Shown here: one piece after another, positions 25,301 through 36,857 of the stretch | Numbering within the stretch: the first letter of the stretch is position 1 | Layout of the letters: every line of letters starts with the position of its first letter | Assembly (NCBI RefSeq): GCF_963921235.1 | Contig: NC_086108.1 | Span: 18,600,001 to 18,664,000 of the forward strand | Direction: 5' to 3' | Source of the DNA: Mobula hypostoma | Lineage: Eukaryota | DNA: 64,000 nucleotides | Translations under genes and position numbers: made by a program | Notes under the pieces: model-generated | What the model saw: only the letters and a program-made list of their open reading frames with translations | Told to the model about the DNA's origin: nothing | Databases searched by the model: none

Positions 25301-25379
25301 TTTACTCCCATTTTTTATCCTCCTCGTGTTCCCATCAACTCTCCCCCCCACATTCCCATCACTCACACATACCTTGGGG

Positions 25380-25530
25380 ATAATTTACAGAAGCCAATTA
25401 ACCACCAATCTGCATGTCTTTGGGGTGTGGGAGAAAACTGGAGCACCTGAGCTATAGCCACGTGGTGCAGATTCCACACATGGACAGCAGCAGAGGACTG
25501 GGTTGAATCTGAGTCACTTGTGCCGATAAT
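25380..25530 (-). mobile_element. tRNA-derived V-SINE/HE1-like remnant
   Basis: GCATGTCTTTGGGGTGTGGGAGAAAACTGGAGCACC (reverse V-domain-like core) and reverse B-box-like GGTTGAATC. Confidence 0.55.
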
Positions 25531-25930
25531 ACATAGAACATAGAATATAGAATAGTACAGCACACTACAGGCCCTTCAGCCCACAATGTTGTGCCGACCC
25601 TTAAACCCTGCCTTCCATATAACTCCCACCTTAAATTCCTCCATATACCTGTCTAGTAGTCTCTTAAATTTCACTAGTATATCTGCTTCCACCACTGACT
25701 CAGGTAGTGCATTCCACGCACCAACCTCTCTCTGAGTGAAAAACCTTCCTCTAATATCCCCTTTGAACTTCCCACCCCTTACTTTAAAGCCATGTCCTCT
25801 TGTATTGAGCAGTGGTGCCCTGAGGAAGAGGCGCTGGCTGTCCACTATATCTATTCCTCTTAATATCTTGTATACCTCTATCGTGTTTCCTCTCATCCCC
25901 CTTCTCTCCAAAGAATAAAGCCCTAGCTTT
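25531..25930 (-). mobile_element. CR1 3' fragment
   Basis: ORF 25576-25941; same subfamily tail as 18841 and 40843. Confidence 0.9.
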
Positions 25931-26052
25931 GTCAAATGCACAGAATACTATCGATAACTGATCCAGTCTTGGGCACAATCTACTTTACCATTCACCTCTT
26001 GATTCCCATGTCAAATCAATGCCTATCAAACTCCACCGTGGATGATTTAAAA

Positions 26053-26641
26053 CTATAGAAACCACAGAAACTACAGCACAGAAACAGGCCTTTTGGCCCT
26101 TCTTGGCTGTGCCGAACCATTTTCTGCCTAGTCCCACTGACCTGCACACGGACCATATCCCTCCATACACCTCCCATCCATATATCTGTCCAATTTATTC
26201 TTAAATATTAAAAAAGAACCCGCATTTACCACTTCGTCTGTCAGCTCATTCCATACTCCCACCACTCTCCGTGTGAAGAAGCCCCCCCTAATGTTTCCTT
26301 TAAACTTTTCCCCCCTCACCCTAAACCCATGTCCTCTGGTTTTTTTCTCCCCTTGCCTCAGTGGAAAAAGCCTGCTTGCATTCACTCTATCTATACCCAT
26401 CATAATTTTATATAACTCTATCAAATCTCCCCTCATTCTTCTACGCTCCAGGGAATAAAGTCCCAACCTATTCAACCTTTCTCTGTAACTGAGTTTCTCA
26501 AGTCCCGGCAACATCCTTGTAAACCTTCTCTGCACTCTTTCAACCTTATTTATATCCTTCCTGTAATTTGGTGACCAAAACTGAACACAATACTCCAGAT
26601 TCGGCCTCACCAATGCCTTATACAACCTCATCATAACATTT
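26053..26641 (-). mobile_element. CR1 3' fragment
   Basis: ORF 26128-26634 LYKALVRPNLEYC...GYGPCAGQWD. Confidence 0.9.
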
Positions 26642-26666
26642 CAATGTCTTCACCTCCACAACTCTC

Positions 26667-27920
26667 TGGAGTACTTGGAGGCACATAATAAAATAGGCCA
26701 AAGCCAGCATGGTTTACTTAACAGGAAATCTTGCCTGACAAAGATGTTAGAATTCTTTGAGGAAATATCAGACAGGATAGGCAAAGGAGAGACAGCGGAT
26801 GTTGTTAACTTAGATTTTTGGAAGGCCTTTCACAAGGTGCTGTGCATGAGGCTGCTAAGCAAGAGCCCATGGTATTACAGGAAATATACCAGGATAGTTA
26901 GAAGAATGGCTAACTGACAGGAGGCAAAGAGTGGAAATGAAGGGGGCCCTTTCTAGTTGGCTGCCAGTAACTAGTGGTGTTCCATAAGTGTCAATGATTT
27001 GGAAGACAAATTTGATGGCTTTGTGGATGACACAAAGATAGGCAGTAGGGTAGGTAGTGTTGAGGAAGCAGGGAGTCTGAAGAAGGACTTAGACAGATTA
27101 GGAGAATGGGCAATGAAGAGGCAGATGGAACAGTGTCGGAAAGTGTATGGTCATGCACTCTATTAGAAGGAATAAAGTCGCAGACCATTTTCTAAATGGA
27201 GAGAAAATTCAGAAATTAGAGGTGCAAAGGGACTGGAAGTCCTTGTGCAGAATTCCCTAAAGGTTCATTTGCAGGGTGACTCAGTGAAAAGGAAGGCAAA
27301 TGCAACGTTTGTGTTCATTTTGAGAGGATTGGAATATAAAAGCAAGAGTGTCATGCTGAGGCTTAATAAGACATTGGTCAGATCATGCTTGAAGTATTGT
27401 GAGCAGTTTTGGGTCCCTTATCTAAGAAAGGATGTGTTGACATTGGAGAGGGTCTAGAGAAGGTTCAAAAGAATGATCCCAGGAATGAAAGGACTTGAGG
27501 AGAATTTGATGGCCCTGGGCCTGTACTCACTGTAGTTTAGGTTGGATATCACTGAAACCTATCAGGCATAGAAAGGTCTACATACTGTGGTCATGCAGAG
27601 GATGTTTCCTATACTGGGGGAGACTAGGATCAGAGGGCACAGCCTCAAAATAAAAGGACATCCCTTTAGAACAGAGATGAGGAGGAATTTCTTTAATCAG
27701 AGAGTGGTGAATTTTTGTATTTCATTGCCACAGAGGACTGTGGAGGTCAAGTCATTGGGTATATTTAATGCGAAGGTTGATAGGTTCTTGATTAGTAAGG
27801 GCATCAAAGGTTACAGGGAGAAGGCAAGGAGAATTGGGTTCAAAGGGATAATATGGAATGGCAGAGCAGACTCGATGGGCTGAATGGCCTAATTCTGCTT
27901 TTCTGTCTTATGGTCTTACG
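26667..27920 (+). mobile_element. Decayed CR1 RT/3' fragment
   Basis: SQHGLLNRKSCLT, DFWKAFHKV, C-terminal IKGYREKA, 3' tail. Confidence 0.9.
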
Positions 27921-29369
27921 GTTAGAGAATTCCAAAGCTTCACCACCATCTGAAAGGAGAAATTCCAGCTCAGCTCTCTCATAAGTGGATGACCCATTTC
28001 ATAAACTGACACACGTCTTTAGATAGCCTCACGGAAAGAGGAGCACCTTCTCAGCACTGGCCTGTAAATGCCCCTTTAGTAAGCAGGTCAGATGATGCAG
28101 AGGTAACAACCCTATAAAGACTGGACTTGGCTGAGCTGGGTTAGGTCAGACGGCAAGCGAACATAGGTGAGAGCTGACTGGAAGCAGTTGGATAGGTTGA
28201 CTGGGTGCAACGTGTTGCAACTTCCCCTTTGCACTCTAGTTTGCTTCGAACAGAGCCTGAGAGCAGTGCTCCAGATAGCACGGCTTCCACAGCCTGTATA
28301 TTTCTGTGTGTTCTACAGAATCCCTCGGCTGCTTTTTCCTTTGATTTTTGGCTCAGGCAATTGTTAACCCTTCACCAGTCGGCTTAAGCCCTTAAACACC
28401 AGGTGTATTGCTCAAGCTCAGTAGTTGCTCTTCAAGTCCAGAGAGAGAAAGGTGGCTTAAAATGAACCTATCTACCAAAACACAGGGAGGGGAGTGCATT
28501 CCCAGGATTTTGCTTCCCTCTGCCTGCTGTGGTGTGCTTTTGAAACATTCCTCTGAAAGCTGATCACACAAAGATAACCTCCTGGATATTCACCATTGAT
28601 TGTGCTCAACTTATCAGGAACTTGGATTGTGTTTCTGGCATATAAAGTGGAAGTTATCTCATTGTTGCCTGTCCTCATTCATGGAAGATTGCATGACAAA
28701 ATTCATTTTATTGAATAAACATGATACTGAGAGAGTAGGTTGTTATGAGGACTTTCTTCCATAGTGCTTTAGTTTATGTACTCATGTAGAGTGTGTATAC
28801 CATGTTGTGAAAGGAACTGATCAACAGAACTTTCATTAGTGACCAGAGACACTGACTGGACTACAGGGTTCTAGAAGTTCAGGCCACAGTTTTCCACACT
28901 AGTGTCCTGCTGGAGGTGGGGAGCATCATCAGAGGGGTGGAAGAGTCCAGCCAGTAGAACAGAATGTTGACTGAAAGCTTTGTGCCAATCACTATAGCAG
29001 CAAGAACAGGTCAGTGCTGGGATCTCAGCCTCCTCCTCCAATGAGTAGTTTGGCACAATAGATGTCCCTTCAGGATCTGGTGAATGACCCTTTCTCTCTT
29101 TGCTGCAACTTCAACTACAATATTTGGGATTCACCAAGAGACCTGTTGTAAATTAGGGAACTGCTCTGTCAAGAGACCCGACATAAATTGGGGTAACACG
29201 GTGTGTGTTGGCAATATTGGAACCCAGGACTCCAATATAGAGACAGTGATGAGAGTTTATTCATAATAATTCCAAAAGGACATCAGCAGCTCGGCTGAGC
29301 AACACCACAAGAAGTAACATTGTCAAAATTAGGACCAAGTGATTAGAGCTAATCAGGCATCTCCTAAAA

Positions 29370-31119
29370 ATAATACAAGTAATACAGAAGACATTACTTC
29401 CTACAAAGCGAAACCTAACAGTATGAATGGCAGCGATGCTTCACTACCAGATGAATTCAACACCTCCTATGCACACTTTGAAAGGGAGAACACAACTACA
29501 GCTGTGAAGATCCCTGCTGCACCTGATGACCCTGTGATCTCCATCTCAGAGGTCGATGTTAGACTGTCTTTAAAGAGCATGAAGGCAGAAGGTCCCGATG
29601 GAGTATCTGGTAAGGATCTACAAACCTGTACCAACCAACTAGCGGGAGTATTCAAGGGCATTTTCAACCTCTCACTGCTACGGGCGGAAGTTCCCACTTG
29701 TTTCAAAAAGGTAACAATTGTACCAGTGCCTAAGAAGAATAATGTGGGCTGCCTTAATGACTATCGCCCAGTAGCACTCACATCGACAGTGATGAAATAC
29801 TTTGAGAGGTTGGTTATGAGTAGACTGAACTCCTGCTTCAGCAAGGACCTAGACCCATTGCAATTTGTCAATTGCCACAATAGGTCAACGGCAGACATAA
29901 TCTCAATGGCTCTCCACACGGCTTCAGACCACCTAGACAACACTTACGTCAGGATGCTGTTCATCGACTATAGCACAGCATTTAATACCATCCTTCCCAC
30001 AATCCTGATTGAGAAATTGCAGAAATTACCTCTGTAACTCCCTCTACAATTGGATCCTCGACTTACTAATCGGAAGACCACAGTCTGTGCGGATTGATGA
30101 TAACATATCCTCCTCGCTGACGAGCAACACTGGCACACTTCAGGGGTGTGTGCTTAGCCCACTGCTCTACTCTCTGTATACACATGATTGTGAGGTTAGG
30201 CATAGCTCAAGTACCTTCTATAAATTTGCTGACAATACAATCATTGTTCATAAAATCTCAGGTGGTGACGAGAGGGCGTACGGGAGTGAGATATGCCAAC
30301 TAGTGGAATGGTGCCGCAGCAACAACCTGGCACTCAACATCAGTAAGACCAAAGGGCTGATTATGGACTTCAGGAAAGGTTAGATGAAGGAACACATACC
30401 AATCTTCATAAAGGGATCAGAAGTGGAGAGAGTGAGCAGCTTCAAGATCTCTGAGGATCTATGCTGGTCCCAAAATATCGATGTAGTTATAAAGAAAGGA
30501 AGACAGCAGTTATACTTTATTAGGAGTTTGAAGAGATTTGGTATGTCAACAAATACTCTCAAAAACTTCTATAGTTGTATGGTGGAGAGCATTCTGAAAG
30601 GCTGCATTACTGTCTGGCATGGAGGGGCTACTGCACAGGACGGAAAGAAGCTGCAGAAGGTTGTAAATCTAGTCAGCTCCACTTTGGGCACTAGCTTACA
30701 AAGTACCCAAGACATCTTTAGGGAGCGGTGTCTCAGAAAGGCAGCGTCCACTAGTAAGGACCTCCAGCATCCAGGGCATGCCCTTTTCTCACTGTTTCCA
30801 TCAGGTAGGAGGTACAGAAGCCTGAAGGCACACACTCAACAATTCAGGAACAGCCTCTTCCCCTCTGCCACCCGATTCCTAAATAGACATTGAAGCTTTG
30901 GACACTACCTCACTTTTTTAATATACAGTTTTTGCACATTTTTAAAAAATCTATTCAATATACATAATTGATTTACTTGTTTACTTATTATGTTTTATTT
31001 AATTTATTTTTTCTCTCTCTCTGCTAGATTATGTATCGCATTGAATTACTGCTGCTAAATTAACAAATTTCACATCACATGCCGGTGATAATAAACCTGA
31101 TTCTGATTCTGATTCTGAT
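29370..31119 (+). mobile_element. 5'-truncated Rex1/Babar LINE (disrupted RT)
   Basis: [53 protein letters not shown] plus (GATTCT)n tail. Confidence 0.92.
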
Positions 31120-31324
31120 TTTGAATCCCCAAGCCTATCAAAGTAAACTTAGCCAGCTTAAACAGAAAGCACCAGGAGACTACATTACAAAGAGGATGTC
31201 ACTTGAGGAAAACACAAGGAACTCTAAACAATTAAGGATTCTCACTAAACAACAATTAACCAATTCTGGTGCTCTAAAAACTTTGGAGCTCAATGCTGTC
31301 TGGCACCCCACACAGGGCTGAAGA

Positions 31325-31630
31325 GCTCATTATACTGGGGATTGCTTTGTCAAGCAACTCCACTCCATCCACCAGAAATGGAACTTCCCAGTAGTCCAAC
31401 GTTTAGTTCTAATTCCCATTCTCATTGTCGGTCCATAGCCTCATCCTGCTCCGCAATGAGGCCACTCTCAGGGTGGAGGAGCAACACCTCATATCCTGTC
31501 TGAAGAAGGGTCTTAGCCCGAAACATTGACTGCTTGTTTATTTCCATAGATGCTGTCTGACCTGCCGAGGACTCAAGCATCTAATGTGTGTTGTTTTGGA
31601 TTTCCAGCATCTACAGAATTTCTTGTGTTT
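31325..31630 (+). mobile_element. Penelope-like remnant (GIY-YIG C-terminus plus degenerate hammerhead 31500-31532)
   Basis: EATLRVEEQHLI; CTGAAGA-AGGGTCTTAGCCC-GAAA-CATT-GACTG. Confidence 0.75.
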
Positions 31631-33042
31631 ACAGTACTTAGGTACATTTTTCTTCATTTGCAGCAACTTCAATCCAAAAAAAAAGTTTGGTGTCTGGAAT
31701 TTATCTGGTGCTCAGAGGTTTAGAGGTAGCTGGGGTGAAGTGGGATTTAAAAAGAGAAACAAGGGGATATTTATGCTCCTTCATGACAGCAGTGCGCACA
31801 GCCTTCAAGTAGATCCTGGATGATCTTCTTGTCTGAGGCAAGGGTGCAGAGCTCTGGCTCCCATTACTGTCTTTAACTCCCCAGGAGCTCTAAAAATACT
31901 GAGAGGGCTACTTGCAGAAGCATTGTCCCCCTATTGACTGTTCATTAAAGTGCTCAGAACTTTGACCTCTGTCTAAAGGTTATTCCATGTTACCTTTCGT
32001 GAGATCCTCTGGTTAAATTACTCTAAATTGCATCAAAGTCAAGGACTGGACAATGCTTGAGAATGCTTTTAGCCTACACAAGATACTAACTCGGCAGGAG
32101 AAATCAGATGGCACTTAAATCTATTTGAGCACTTGCTATTAATCCTATGAGGTTTTAGACAGAAAGCATCACACTAAAGATGTCAACGTTGGTGTGTATA
32201 AAATAGTGTCTTTCCCACCAACAGACATGCCCTCCCTGTACACCAACCAACCATACTGTCACTGGGAGACTACATGTGCTTTTGTCCACTGTCAGTGTAA
32301 AACATCAAGTACCTATGTGAGGGAATCCAGGAGTGCCCTATTAACTGTTTGAAGAGAGAGAGAGAGAGACATTTATCATTGATGGTTTGTTTGAAAAAGA
32401 GAGAGAGACAAAGATTGACGGTTGGACTGACACGGGAGTTAACTTTGGAGTTTTACTTTGGAGGTCAAAACTGAGCAGCTCGAAGGTTGTTATGGCGACC
32501 AACAGGACATTATTGATGTTACTTCCAAGGACTTGTTGCCTGCTCGCATTCCTTTACAGACTAAGGAAGGAGGGACTCTTTGGATGACAGGTGATGCTCA
32601 GCCTGGTGAGATAAATAGGAGGTCAGATGGTACAGACCTCAGACACATGATCTGGACACTGAATGAGCATTGTTGTGCCCGCACAGAAAAAGGGTTTTGG
32701 AGGATCGATCAGGCGGATTGATCCAAGTGCTCTGCCCGTGAAAATTCAAAGGCAAGACCAGTGGGGAGTTGTCCATGTGTCCGACCCTGGCCTGGGTAGA
32801 CAGCTCAACCACACCAAAGTATGGTCCCCTTTGTTGTTAAAGTCAGAGTCGGTGACTTGTGAAGGATTTCGGAGGATGACGAGGAAATCGACGGCAACAG
32901 CTCACCTGAAGACTCAACTCAATCTCTCTCACTCTCCACCGCCATTCAACTAAATACCACGAACTGAACTGAACTGAACTTTACTCAACATCGTAAGACT
33001 GTATCTCTTTACCCCTAGACTTAAAGAAGCTTGGTTTTCATA

Positions 33043-33252
33043 TCAAAGTTGCTGGTGAACGCAGCAGGCCAGGCAGCATCTCTAGGAAGAGCTTGATCTC
33101 TTACTAGCTCTTCCTTCAGTTAGTCCTGACGAAGGGTCTCGGCCTGAAACGTCGACTGTACCTCTTCCTAGAGATGCTGCCTAGCATCTGCGTTCACCAG
33201 CAACTTTGATGTGTGTTGCTTGAATTTCCAGCATCTGCAGAATTCCTCGTGT
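33043..33252 (+). mobile_element. 210-bp Penelope-like mini-insertion with inverted 5' segment
   Basis: 12-bp TSD TTGGTTTTCATA (33031-33042, 33253-33264); 33043-33091 is the reverse complement of about 33162-33209. Confidence 0.9.
33122..33157 (+). ncRNA. Minimal type I hammerhead ribozyme motif
   Basis: AGTC-CTGACGA-AGGGTCTCGGCCT-GAAA-CGTC-GACT: stem I AGUC/GACU, intact core, palindromic ACGU in place of stem III, GUC cleavage triplet. Confidence 0.8.
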
Positions 33253-33585
33253 TTGGTTTTCATACATATTTCTCCACCCTTACTGATTTTCTTACATATA
33301 TATATATAATTCTTGCTAACCTGTTTGATTTATCTTCACTTAGTTTACTGTATTACGTAGTTATTAATAAATATTAATAGTTTATAGCAATACTAGACTC
33401 CAAAGTGCTTTCTATTTCTGCTGCTTTCTTTATTCCCGTCACAGGGTACGTGACACCTATTAACATTAATGCTCCATTAAATCCACTCCCTACTCCCCAT
33501 ATTCCCATCAACTCCAAGCACAAAGAAGCCCTGCCCAACAGCCATCTCATCAGTGAGCAATTAGAGCAAAAAAAAGCAATTTGCA

Positions 33586-33990
33586 CATTCAGTGACCACT
33601 TTTTTAGGTACCTCCTGTTCCTAATAATGTGGCCACTGATTGTAAGTTTGTGGTCTTTTGCTACTGTAGCCCATTCACTTCGAGGTTCAACATGTTGTGT
33701 TTTCAGAGATGCTCTTCTGCACACTACTGTTCCAATATGTGGTTATTTGAGTTACTCTCACTTTTCTGTCAGTTTGAACCAGTCTGGCCATTTTCCTCTG
33801 AACTCTCTCATTAATATGGCATTTTCACCCACAGAACTGCTGCTCACTGGATATTTTTTTGTTTTTTGCACCAATCTCTTGACCATGTCTGCATGCTTTT
33901 ATGCATTGAGTTGCTACCACATGTTTGGCTGATTAGATACTTGCATAAATGAGCAGGTGTACATGTGTACCTAATAAAGTGGCCACTAAG
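33586..33990. mobile_element. Tc1/mariner-type non-autonomous element
   Basis: TIRs CAGTGACCACTTTTTTAGGTAC / GTACCTAATAAAGTGGCCACT; same family as 40605-44560. Confidence 0.7.
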
Positions 33991-35507
33991 GTGGACAGTG
34001 AGGTCCAGATGGAACACAGCTTGGACAGGTCCTGTGGAAATCATTTGTAAGGCCAGAACTTCCTTCACAAAGATATGTGCTACTTCCAACACACAACATC
34101 AGCCGGCTCCTTTCCTCAAGGGCAGATGTCAGTGCAGGAGGTTTAAAGAGGCAGGTGTCAGCATGCCATGTGACACTCCTGCATTGGCCTAGTGCAATGC
34201 ATCATGTCACTAATTTTTTTTTACAAGATCACATTATGGGCATAGGTTACAACATAGAACTTAGAACACAGAGGTCATAGAGTGCTGTAGATTTGGTTCT
34301 GGTTCTGTTGTTATCACCTGTCTTAATGATCTAGATGGTAATGTGGCAAACTGGATGAGCAAATCTGTGGACTCCACCAAGATTGGGTGTGTAGTGGACA
34401 GCGAGGAAGATGATCAGAGCTTGCAGCAGAATCTGGACCAGCTGGACAAATGGGCTGAAAAATACCAGATGGAATTTAATGAAGTAAGTGTGAGGTGTTT
34501 TACTTTGGAAGGACCAATCAGGGTAGGTCTTATAAGTGGTAGGGCACTGAGGAGTGTGGTAGAACAGTGGGATCCGGGAATAATCCATAATTCCTTAAAA
34601 GTGATGTCACATGTAAATAGGGTCATAAAGAGAGCTTTTGTTACATTAGAAACGTAGAAACATAGAAAATCTACAGTACATTGCAAGCCATTCAGCCCAC
34701 AATGTTGTGCTGATCATGTAACCTATTCTAGAAGCTGCCTAGAATTTCCCTACTGCATAGCCCTCTAAGATTCATGTACCTATCTAAGAGTTTCTTAAGC
34801 GAGCCTATTGCATCCGCCTCTACCACCTTTGCTGGCAGTGCATTCCACGTTAGCTCTTTCAGCCCTGGGAAAAGGCCATTGGCTATCCACATGATCGATG
34901 CTTCTCATCATCTTATACACCTCTATCAGGTCACCCCTCATCCTCCATCGCTCCAAGAAGAAAAAGCCAAGTTCACTTAATCTATTCTCATAAAGGCATG
35001 CTCTTAAATCCAGGTAACATCCTTGTATATTGCCTCTGCATTCTCTCTATAGCATCCACATCCTTCCTGTAATGAGGTGACCTGAACTGAACACAGTACG
35101 CCAAGTGGGGTCTATCTAAGGCCTTCTATAGCTGTGACATTACCGCATGGCTCTTGAACTCAATCTTATGACTGAAGAAGGCCAACACGCCATATGCCTT
35201 CTTAACAACACTGTCGACCTGAGCCTCAGCTTTGAATGTCCTATGGACATGGACCGCAAGATCTCGCTGATCCTCCACACTGCCAAGAGTTATACCATTA
35301 ATATTATATTTTGTCTTCAAATTTGACCTACCAAAATGAAACACTTCACACTTATTTGGGTTGAACTCCATATGCCACTTCTTAGCCCAGTTCTGCATCC
35401 TATTGATGTCCCACTGTAACCTCTGACAACCCTCCCAACTATCCACAACACCCCCAACTTTTGCATCATCAGCAGACTTACTAACCTACTTTTCTACTTT
35501 CTCAGTT

Positions 35508-35543
35508 AGTCCTGACGAAGGGTCTCGGCCTGAAACGTCGACT
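35508..35543 (+). ncRNA. Minimal hammerhead ribozyme motif within a 98-bp insertion (35505-35602)
   Basis: Identical to the 33122-33157 motif; 14-bp TSD TTTCTACTTTCTCA (35491-35504, 35603-35616). Confidence 0.8.
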
Positions 35544-35657
35544 GCACCTCTTCCTAGAGATGCTACCTGGCCTGCCATGTTCACCAGCAACTTTTAAGTG
35601 TGTTTCTACTTTCTCATCCAGGTCATTTATAAAAATCACAAAGAGGAGGGGTCCCAG

Positions 35658-36857
35658 AGGGCTTCTATAGATGTACCGTGGAGAGCATTCTGACAGGCTG
35701 CATCACTGTCTGGTATAGGGGGGTGTATCCAGAGAGCTGTGCCAGTCACGGCTCAGCACTGCCCTCTACCTGGTCAGAAGGCACACCACATGCCAGTCAA
35801 CATTTCACCCCTCCCAACTAATTAATGCACACTTAACCATTGGCCACCTTAATTGGATTAACCCGTCTAGCACCAAGCTGTTGGCTCCCTGGTGAATCAC
35901 CTGGGCTGGACGCTCCAGCCCCCTTACCTATAAAGGGTGCTACATGTGCTTGGCTCGCTCTCTTTTTTTTTGCCATCCTCGAGGGACCACCCTGCTTCAC
36001 TCCAGGCTGAAGACTGCAGAACAGCGCTGGAGACACGTGGTGAGCTATGCATTGAATAGGGTTTTGGGAGCGTTTATTGTTGTCCCTGTAGCAAAGAGCC
36101 ATGCCTGCCCATTGTCAAGGGGTGGCAAGTATCGTAGTTACTTTTCCCTTGCTTGTATATGTACCTGTACTCTGTCCCCACACCGTTTTTCCATGTATTG
36201 TACTGCCGACCTGACTTTTCCCACGCTCGTCTATTCTAAGTGCGTTTGTGCGAATATTGTAGCCACTTGTGATGTCCCCAAGCTCTTCTCCCCTTGTAAA
36301 TAAACTCCTTATTGTTAAAACTGTGTGTCCAGAATCCTTGCCTTTGAGACCCAAAGAATCTGTCCATTTCCATCACAACAGGGGGTTACTGCACAGGACC
36401 GAACAAAGCTATAGAGAGTTGTAAATTTAGTCATCTCCATCTTGGGTACTAGACTACAAAGTACCCAGGTCATCCTCAAGGAGCAGTGTCTCAAGAAGGC
36501 AACATCAATTATTAAGGACCTTCAGCACCCAGGGCATGTCCTTTTCTCACTTTTACTATCAGGTGGGAAATACAGAAGCCTGAAGGCACACATCCAGCGA
36601 TTCAGGAACAACCTCTTCCCCTCTGCCATCTGATTCCTAAATCGACATTGAACCTTTGAACACTACCTCACTTTTTTGATATATATTATTTGTTTTTTTA
36701 CACAATTTTTAATTCAGTCGATATACGTATACTGTAATGGATTTACTTATTTATTTATTGTTATTTTTTTCCTTCTATATTATGTACTGCATTGAACTGC
36801 TGCTGCTAATTTAACAAATTTCACATGATATAAACCCGATTCTGTTTCTGATTCTGA
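35658..36857 (+). mobile_element. Rex1/Babar 3' fragment split by a solo LTR
   Basis: Homologous to 30565-31119; GATTCT tail. Confidence 0.85.
35724..36380 (+). mobile_element. Solo LTR (Gypsy-like)
   Basis: TGT...CACAACA termini; 5-bp TSD GGGGG; TATAAA near 35929 and AATAAA near 36299. Confidence 0.85.

Larger units (their letters stand above)
32316..33455 (+). mobile_element. Solo LTR with nested Penelope mini-element
   Basis: TG...CA termini; 4-bp TSD CCTA (32312-32315, 33456-33459); (GAACT)n; AATAAA near 33366; related to the LTR at 51818-52691. Confidence 0.85.

Noticed and set aside
31690..32100. Short minus-strand open frames with possible acceptors
   Set aside because: Several competing frames, no convincing donor-acceptor pair and no recognisable homology
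33405..33932. 175-aa ORF
   Set aside because: Crosses an LTR end and a Tc1-type MITE; no coding signature
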